In this document: positions 5,834 to 11,024 of the stretch, piece by piece | Position numbering within the stretch: the first letter of the stretch is position 1 | How the letters are laid out: each line of letters opens with the position of its first letter | Assembly: GCA_048941265.1 (NCBI GenBank) | Contig: JBHLNT010000139.1 | Coordinates: 1-11,024 of the forward strand | Length of the DNA: 11,024 nt | Direction of reading: 5' to 3' | Source: Promethearchaeota archaeon | Lineage (GTDB): Archaea > Asgardarchaeota > Lokiarchaeia > Sigyniarchaeales > SOKP01 | Translations under genes and position numbers: made by a program | The notes under the pieces: generated by a model | Seen by the model: the letters and a program-made list of their open reading frames with translations, nothing else | Databases searched by the model: none | What the model was told of the DNA's origin: nothing

Positions 5834-8827
5834 TTATTTATTTTTCTTTATACCAATTTTATCTTGAACTTGTTTTAAATGGCGTTCATAGTGTTGACGT
5901 AAAAGAATTTCATCCTCGAGTCTTTTCTGTAATTCTCTAATTTCACTATGTAAATAAGTCACAACATCTTTTTTAAAAGGATCAAATACTGTTACTTTTC
6001 CTAAGAACTCTTTAGCGGCTTCACCATATTCCTCGTTGAATTTAGAGTTAACTGCTTCTAATACCTCGGAAATTTCCATAGTTCCCCTTACCGAAATAAA
6101 TGCCATGAAATAACTTGTGCCCTCTAAAATTCTTCTATGGACTTCTTTATCATTTACAACTGTACTATAATCTGTCTGACTATTGAATATGGGCTGATAT
6201 TCGTGTGAAGTTCCGGATGTTTCTCTTGCAAAATTCCTTATTGCAGTTAGGAAACCGCCAATGAGAGCAGAATCCCTTATCATGCCCTCTTCAACGAAAA
6301 TTTTGAATTCATTCCCCAACACTTCATTAAATCTAAAATCTGTAACCTCTACCATTGTAGTTCCCTGTTCAGAGTGTATAACTAGTATCCAATAAATTCC
6401 AGCAATTTCAGAGATCTGTTTTTGGATGAGGGAGATATTTTCTTCTGTAGCTGCTAACCTCGTTTTAAGTGCTACGAGTTCCGAATCTAATGCTCTTTGA
6501 GCCCTTACTCGCCTTCTCGATAAGGTCATATATACCCCAAAAATACTCATAGCGACTATAGCAAGAATAAGTAATAGCAGTAACGGCCAATTTTCTTCTA
6601 ACCATGAAAGTTCTTTCTTTTCGGATTTCGCTCCTACGGCTTTAATGGTTATTATTCGTTCCACTTCATAGAAAGGACTTACTAAACGATAAGTCACAAT
6701 ATGATCCCCTTCATCAAGCTTAAGCGTAATTATACCAGAAGATATATCATTTGCTGTTAAATTTACAGTTCTGAATAGTTGGCCATCTTTAAAGATTTCT
6801 AATGTCATGTTTTCGCGATTTCCTGTAAAGTTCCCATTTTCTAATGACCAACTGATATCGAAATTCTCATCCTCATCTACTTCATCATTATAATCTAATC
6901 CTATATCAAGTTGTTTTTTCTCAACTACGACATCGAAGGAAGTACTGCCATTATAATATTCAGAATCTATGGTTAAGTTAATATTATAATTACCTGGTAA
7001 AGTTGTATTACTCATCGGACCTGAAATCGTGAGTGATTGAACAACTGGTAAAGGTTTACCATCTGGACCTGGCCAAGGCATGTCTACTTCTATTTCCCCG
7101 GTATCTAAATTTGTAAATGTGACATTTACAAAAACTGGATGTCTTAAAAAAAGTTCATAGTAAGGCGGTTCACTTATAGCTACGACAAAATTAATAGTAA
7201 TAGAAAAAGTTTCTTCTATAGTAAAAACTTTATCCGGTGGTGTGATTTGGGGATAAAAATAAACATTTCTTTTAAATAAATTAAATTGAGTTATATTTGT
7301 CGATAAAGTATAGCCTTGCTTTTCTGCCCTAAAAGTAATATTATATCTTCCAGGCGTTATTAAAACCTCTGTTAAATCTATCATAGTATAGTATAGAGGT
7401 ATAAAGGATCCAATATCTGCAACATATAAAGGCCCATAACCTAATTCTCCACCATACACATCAAATTCATAAGTTACACTTGCATCCGGTATAACTGATT
7501 TGTTTAGAATTTCGCCTGGTGATAAACCATCTGGATGAGCTGAATACCATTCGTTAAGATCGATATCAACAAAACCAGTAAGTACAAATAGTTCAGAAAA
7601 TGCCGATGTATCCATAGAAAATCCCACGAGTACTGCCCGTTTATGAAATAAAATTTGCCGAGATCTTATACCAAATTGAGTAAGAGAATTATTCGTCAAT
7701 GTGATATTAAGGATTCCAATTCCACCTGTAGCATTCTTTTCCATGATATAATTGAAGAATACCATCTCATCTTTAATCACATTCAATGTCTTGTTCGATA
7801 CATTACCATCAACATCCCTTATTCGAATATCCAATTTCCCAGTCATTCTACACTTAACATATAGTTGTAGTTCATTGGAACCTGTTGCGTACGTTAAGTT
7901 ATCATTATAGGATATGATAGAAACGAGATTAGGTGTTTGAAGTTCAATTTTATACTCCCAAAATGATTCATTTATAAAAATATTAGTGTTATCTTTGGTA
8001 TAATTTAAAGGTGCCCAATACTGCCCATCATAACCTTGGACACTTCTTATAGTAAAATTTTCTAACTCTTCTATTGTAACACTTGCATTATAGTAGCCTA
8101 AAATATACCAAGAGAGGGAATTCAATCTGAAATAATTTATTTCCCATATAATCTCGTCTGATTGAGTATTCTCGTTGGTAGGTTTAAAATAAGTTATAAG
8201 ATCACGTTGTAATATTCTTCTAAATCTTATTGTCGCATTATATATAAGATCTCTTCCATCATAACTATATGCTATTTTAAAAGCGCCTGGTAATGATTTG
8301 TTTATATAAAGATATTGGTAGCAAGTTCCTTCTCCTAAAATTCCCGTATCTTTCACTGGTGCAACATTAACCCATCCTTGGGGAGTACCATTATATACCT
8401 GTAGATACATCCAACTAAAATCACTCGGATTTAATTTAATTTTCGTATCCCGATTTGACAGATCTGTAATATTTAATTCCACTAATACATAATAACCATA
8501 GACATCCCACTGCAACATATTATTTGCTAAAGCCCCTCCTAAAGTGGAATTATAATTTTCATAAAACCACTCTCGATTCCATTCTTCATTTAAATTAGCT
8601 TCACAAGAAAAATTATGATTTTGATGTTCTTCTGATATATCAGCTGTTTTTGGTCCCTCACGATCAGTGGATATTTCCTTAGTTAGATCTTTTTTTGATT
8701 GATTATCTATTTTTATTTGATCATCTTTTAGATTATAATTGTTGTTAGCTACTGGAATATGAATAAGAAATGAAGTAAATATGATAATCAATAATATCGA
8801 AAATAGTAGTTTGTTTTTTTCATTCAA
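5834..8827 (-). CDS. Large single-pass membrane (glyco)protein: signal anchor, beta-rich ectodomain, TM, coiled coil, longin-like domain, coiled coil
   Basis: An N-terminal hydrophobic segment follows KNK. The TM at about aa 747-769 is followed by RRRVR. I counted about 27 N-x-S/T sequons before the TM and 1 after it. The cytoplasmic part contains IYWILVIHSEQG...DSALIGGFLTAIRNFARE. The start is TTG with GGAG upstream. Confidence 0.8.
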   Translation of the reverse strand: MNEKNKLLFSILLIIIFTSFLIHIPVANNNYNLKDDQIKIDNQSKKDLTKEISTDREGPKTADISEEHQNHNFSCEANLNEEWNREWFYENYNSTLGGALANNMLQWDVYGYYVLVELNITDLSNRDTKIKLNPSDFSWMYLQVYNGTPQGWVNVAPVKDTGILGEGTCYQYLYINKSLPGAFKIAYSYDGRDLIYNATIRFRRILQRDLITYFKPTNENTQSDEIIWEINYFRLNSLSWYILGYYNASVTIEELENFTIRSVQGYDGQYWAPLNYTKDNTNIFINESFWEYKIELQTPNLVSIISYNDNLTYATGSNELQLYVKCRMTGKLDIRIRDVDGNVSNKTLNVIKDEMVFFNYIMEKNATGGIGILNITLTNNSLTQFGIRSRQILFHKRAVLVGFSMDTSAFSELFVLTGFVDIDLNEWYSAHPDGLSPGEILNKSVIPDASVTYEFDVYGGELGYGPLYVADIGSFIPLYYTMIDLTEVLITPGRYNITFRAEKQGYTLSTNITQFNLFKRNVYFYPQITPPDKVFTIEETFSITINFVVAISEPPYYELFLRHPVFVNVTFTNLDTGEIEVDMPWPGPDGKPLPVVQSLTISGPMSNTTLPGNYNINLTIDSEYYNGSTSFDVVVEKKQLDIGLDYNDEVDEDENFDISWSLENGNFTGNRENMTLEIFKDGQLFRTVNLTANDISSGIITLKLDEGDHIVTYRLVSPFYEVERIITIKAVGAKSEKKELSWLEENWPLLLLLILAIVAMSIFGVYMTLSRRRVRAQRALDSELVALKTRLAATEENISLIQKQISEIAGIYWILVIHSEQGTTMVEVTDFRFNEVLGNEFKIFVEEGMIRDSALIGGFLTAIRNFARETSGTSHEYQPIFNSQTDYSTVVNDKEVHRRILEGTSYFMAFISVRGTMEISEVLEAVNSKFNEEYGEAAKEFLGKVTVFDPFKKDVVTYLHSEIRELQKRLEDEILLRQHYERHLKQVQDKIGIKKNK

Positions 8828-8849
8828 CTTTTTAGTACTCCATTTTTTT

Positions 8850-8924
8850 AAAAAAACAGGGAAATCTCAAAAGATTTCATGCTAAAAAGCCTCATAAGTT
8901 AGTTACAGAGGCTTATTTCCCCGC
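8850..8924 (-). promoter_or_regulatory. Candidate structured 5' leader or small RNA ending in a U7 tract
   Basis: It contains the stems AAGCCTC/GAGGCTT and GAAATCT/AGATTTC, plus a competing closing stem GCGGGGAAAT/ATTTCCCTGT. TATA-like sequence lies about 25 nt upstream. Confidence 0.4.
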
Positions 8925-9057
8925 AAATAAATCATTTTTATTTATATATATAACTTAATATTTATATAAACTTCTCGACCGAGAGAAAATATTTACCATA
9001 TATCTTATTTTGAAAATATATTAAATTTTTTAAAACAAGGAAAATACTTAGATTATT

Positions 9058-9870
9058 ATGAAACTAAGTATAGTTTCTGGGTTGAAGGAATCCAAAAGCA
9101 ATCAGGAACAAATACTTAAAAAATTCTCCTCTTTATGTGAATTTTTGAAGCCATTGAGTTATGACGGTATTGAGCTAAGCTTATTAGAACCGGAAAAAAT
9201 AGATGTAAAAAAAATTAATGAAATTAAGGAGTCTTATGAATTAGAGATTCCTGCATTAGGTACGGGTGGGACGTATATCAGATTTGGGTATTCTTTAGGT
9301 CATCATGAAGAGATCATGAGAAAAAAGGCAATCGGGAGGATTAATAAATATATCGAATTTGCTCGTGAGACTCAATCCAAGGTAATAATCGGGCTAATTA
9401 GAGGTCGATATAATTTCGAAAGCAGTTCCAAAAAGGAAAAATTAAACATCATCTCATCGCTAAAAGAGTGTTGCCGATTAGCTGAACTTAATGATGTTAT
9501 CTTACTATTTGAACCTATTAATCAATTTGAAATAGATTCTTACAATACTATTTCAGAATCAGTAGAATTACTAGAAGAGATAGGATCTTCTCATTTAAAA
9601 TTACTAGTTGATTCATTTCACACGTATTTAGAGGAAGATCCATTATATATTTGGGAATACATGAAAGAGAATATTCATCATGTAGCTCATCTCCATTTGG
9701 CAGATGATAATAGACGAGCGCCTGGCACGGGGCATTTTGATTTTAGATCTTTTTTAAATACTTTTAAAGAATCGGGTTATACTGGTTTTGCATCTATTGA
9801 GACGATTATGAAACCATCATTTGAGGATGTTGCCAAAGACGCTTCAGAATATCTAAGAATAATTTTATAA
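9058..9870 (+). CDS. iolO: 5-keto-L-gluconate epimerase-like TIM-barrel protein
   Basis: The segments MKLSIV, ALGTGGTY, VIIGLIRGR, EPINQFE, DSFH, HLHLADDNRRAPGTGHFDFRS and SIE resemble T. maritima IolO (TM0416) as I recall it. An iolN gene lies nearby. Confidence 0.75.
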   Translation: MKLSIVSGLKESKSNQEQILKKFSSLCEFLKPLSYDGIELSLLEPEKIDVKKINEIKESYELEIPALGTGGTYIRFGYSLGHHEEIMRKKAIGRINKYIEFARETQSKVIIGLIRGRYNFESSSKKEKLNIISSLKECCRLAELNDVILLFEPINQFEIDSYNTISESVELLEEIGSSHLKLLVDSFHTYLEEDPLYIWEYMKENIHHVAHLHLADDNRRAPGTGHFDFRSFLNTFKESGYTGFASIETIMKPSFEDVAKDASEYLRIIL

Positions 9871-10024
9871 GAGATACTTTTAAAAAAAATCTTTTTCAAT
9901 CAAAGCTGAGTTTTTTTATATAACCTTAGATATAGTAAAAATCTTAAATTTAGAATTAATTTTATATAAATTAAAGATATGTAGGAAATTAAGGGAAAAA
10001 AATAATAGAATGTGGAACTGATAT

Positions 10025-11024
10025 ATGCCTGAAAGCCGAAAAAGACCACTTTTATTTGAAGAGTATCCAGATCTCGAGGGAAATATCCCTTGGATAAATC
10101 TGGCACCTCTAAGAACTCCTGTCAAAAAATTAACTAGACTTGAAGAAGAATTAGGGATTAACTCGCTTTGGGTAAAATGTGATGATCTCTCTTCCCCCCT
10201 TTATGGAGGAAATAAGCCCCGAAAGCTAGAATTTGTGCTAGCAGAGGTGTTGAACCAAGGATGCGAGAGAGTAATGACTGCAGGATATATAGGCTCTAAT
10301 CATTGCGTAGCGAATGCAATATTTTGCAATCAATTAAAATTGAAACCTATTGCAGTCCTGATTGACCAACCAGTTACTACTTATGTCAGAAATAATCTAC
10401 TCCTTGACTTGTATTTTAAAAATGAGATTGTCTATTCTCAAAATGAAATTCCTAAAGATAATAACACTTATCACATGGTACCCGGAGCTAGTGTACCTTT
10501 AGGGATTTTAGGATTTGTAAATGCAATGCTTGAATTAAGAAATCAAGTGAATAATGGAGAAATGCCTGAGCCGGATTATATTTTTGTAGCCAGTGGGACC
10601 GCGGGTACAGCAGCGGGTTTAGCGTTGGGTATTAAATTAGTGGAATTAAAAACATGTATTCATGCTGTGCAAGTTTCCGATCCTGTTAATAGCAGCATAA
10701 AGATTATACGTAGATTGGCAAAAAAAACTAATAAATTAATGGCTAATTATGATAACTTAGTACCCGAAACCACATATGAGCATTTGTTTTTTAACGGAGA
10801 TTATTTCGGAGGTCAATATGGATTACCTACGCGAGAGGGTCTTGATGCTATTAATCTAATTAAAGAAGCTGAGGATATTAAACTTGAACCAACTTATACG
10901 GGAAAAACATTTGCAGCATTGTTAGGATTCGTTCGGACAAACAAAAGTGATATAAAAGACAAGACAATATTATTCTGGAATACTTATAATAGCCGAGATT
11001 TTTCGGATATTTTAAAAAAAGTAG
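10025..11024 (+). CDS. PLP-dependent D-cysteine desulfhydrase / ACC deaminase family protein (3'-truncated by the window edge; not in the ORF track)
   Basis: Manual translation from ATG 10025 stays open to the end: MPESRKRPLLFEEYP..LWVKCDDLSSPLYGGNKPRKLEF..GSNH..VASGTAGTAAGL..LEPTYTGKTFAAL..LFWNTYNS. The PLP lysine is in GGNK. Confidence 0.9.
   Translation, partial: MPESRKRPLLFEEYPDLEGNIPWINLAPLRTPVKKLTRLEEELGINSLWVKCDDLSSPLYGGNKPRKLEFVLAEVLNQGCERVMTAGYIGSNHCVANAIFCNQLKLKPIAVLIDQPVTTYVRNNLLLDLYFKNEIVYSQNEIPKDNNTYHMVPGASVPLGILGFVNAMLELRNQVNNGEMPEPDYIFVASGTAGTAAGLALGIKLVELKTCIHAVQVSDPVNSSIKIIRRLAKKTNKLMANYDNLVPETTYEHLFFNGDYFGGQYGLPTREGLDAINLIKEAEDIKLEPTYTGKTFAALLGFVRTNKSDIKDKTILFWNTYNSRDFSDILKKV

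Noticed and set aside
7655-7864. 69-aa plus-strand ORF
   Set aside because: It lies antisense inside the 997-aa gene and has no supporting features.
8850-8924. SECIS element or C/D box sRNA
   Set aside because: There is no convincing AUGA/GA quartet or box C/D pair, no in-frame TGA gene nearby, and the element is 5' of both flanking genes.
9900-10125. Two short minus-strand ORFs (68 and 69 aa)
   Set aside because: Both overlap the start and upstream region of the well-supported plus-strand gene at 10025.

Overview
Very AT-rich archaeal DNA. BHB-spliced tRNA introns, a roadblock protein, a longin-like domain, tandem SCP2 proteins and a short MCP-like protein together suggest Asgard archaea (Lokiarchaeia-like); this is an inference. 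Left to right: the 3' end of a membrane protein gene; a minus-strand tRNA-Asp(GTC) with two non-canonical introns (43/44 and 59/60); two tandem SCP2-domain paralogs; an intronless tRNA-Arg(TCG); a 3-TM protein and a 3-TM MCP-like protein in the same frame, separated by one TAA; a D-tagatose/D-psicose 3-epimerase-family gene; a roadblock protein; IolN; a 997-aa single-pass, sequon-rich protein with a cytoplasmic longin-like domain and a structured GC-rich leader; IolO; and a 3'-truncated D-cysteine desulfhydrase-family gene missing from the ORF track. Highlights are the double-intron tRNA, a dispersed Thermotoga-type inositol pathway, the receptor-like longin protein with a possible switch-like leader, and the split chemoreceptor-like pair.
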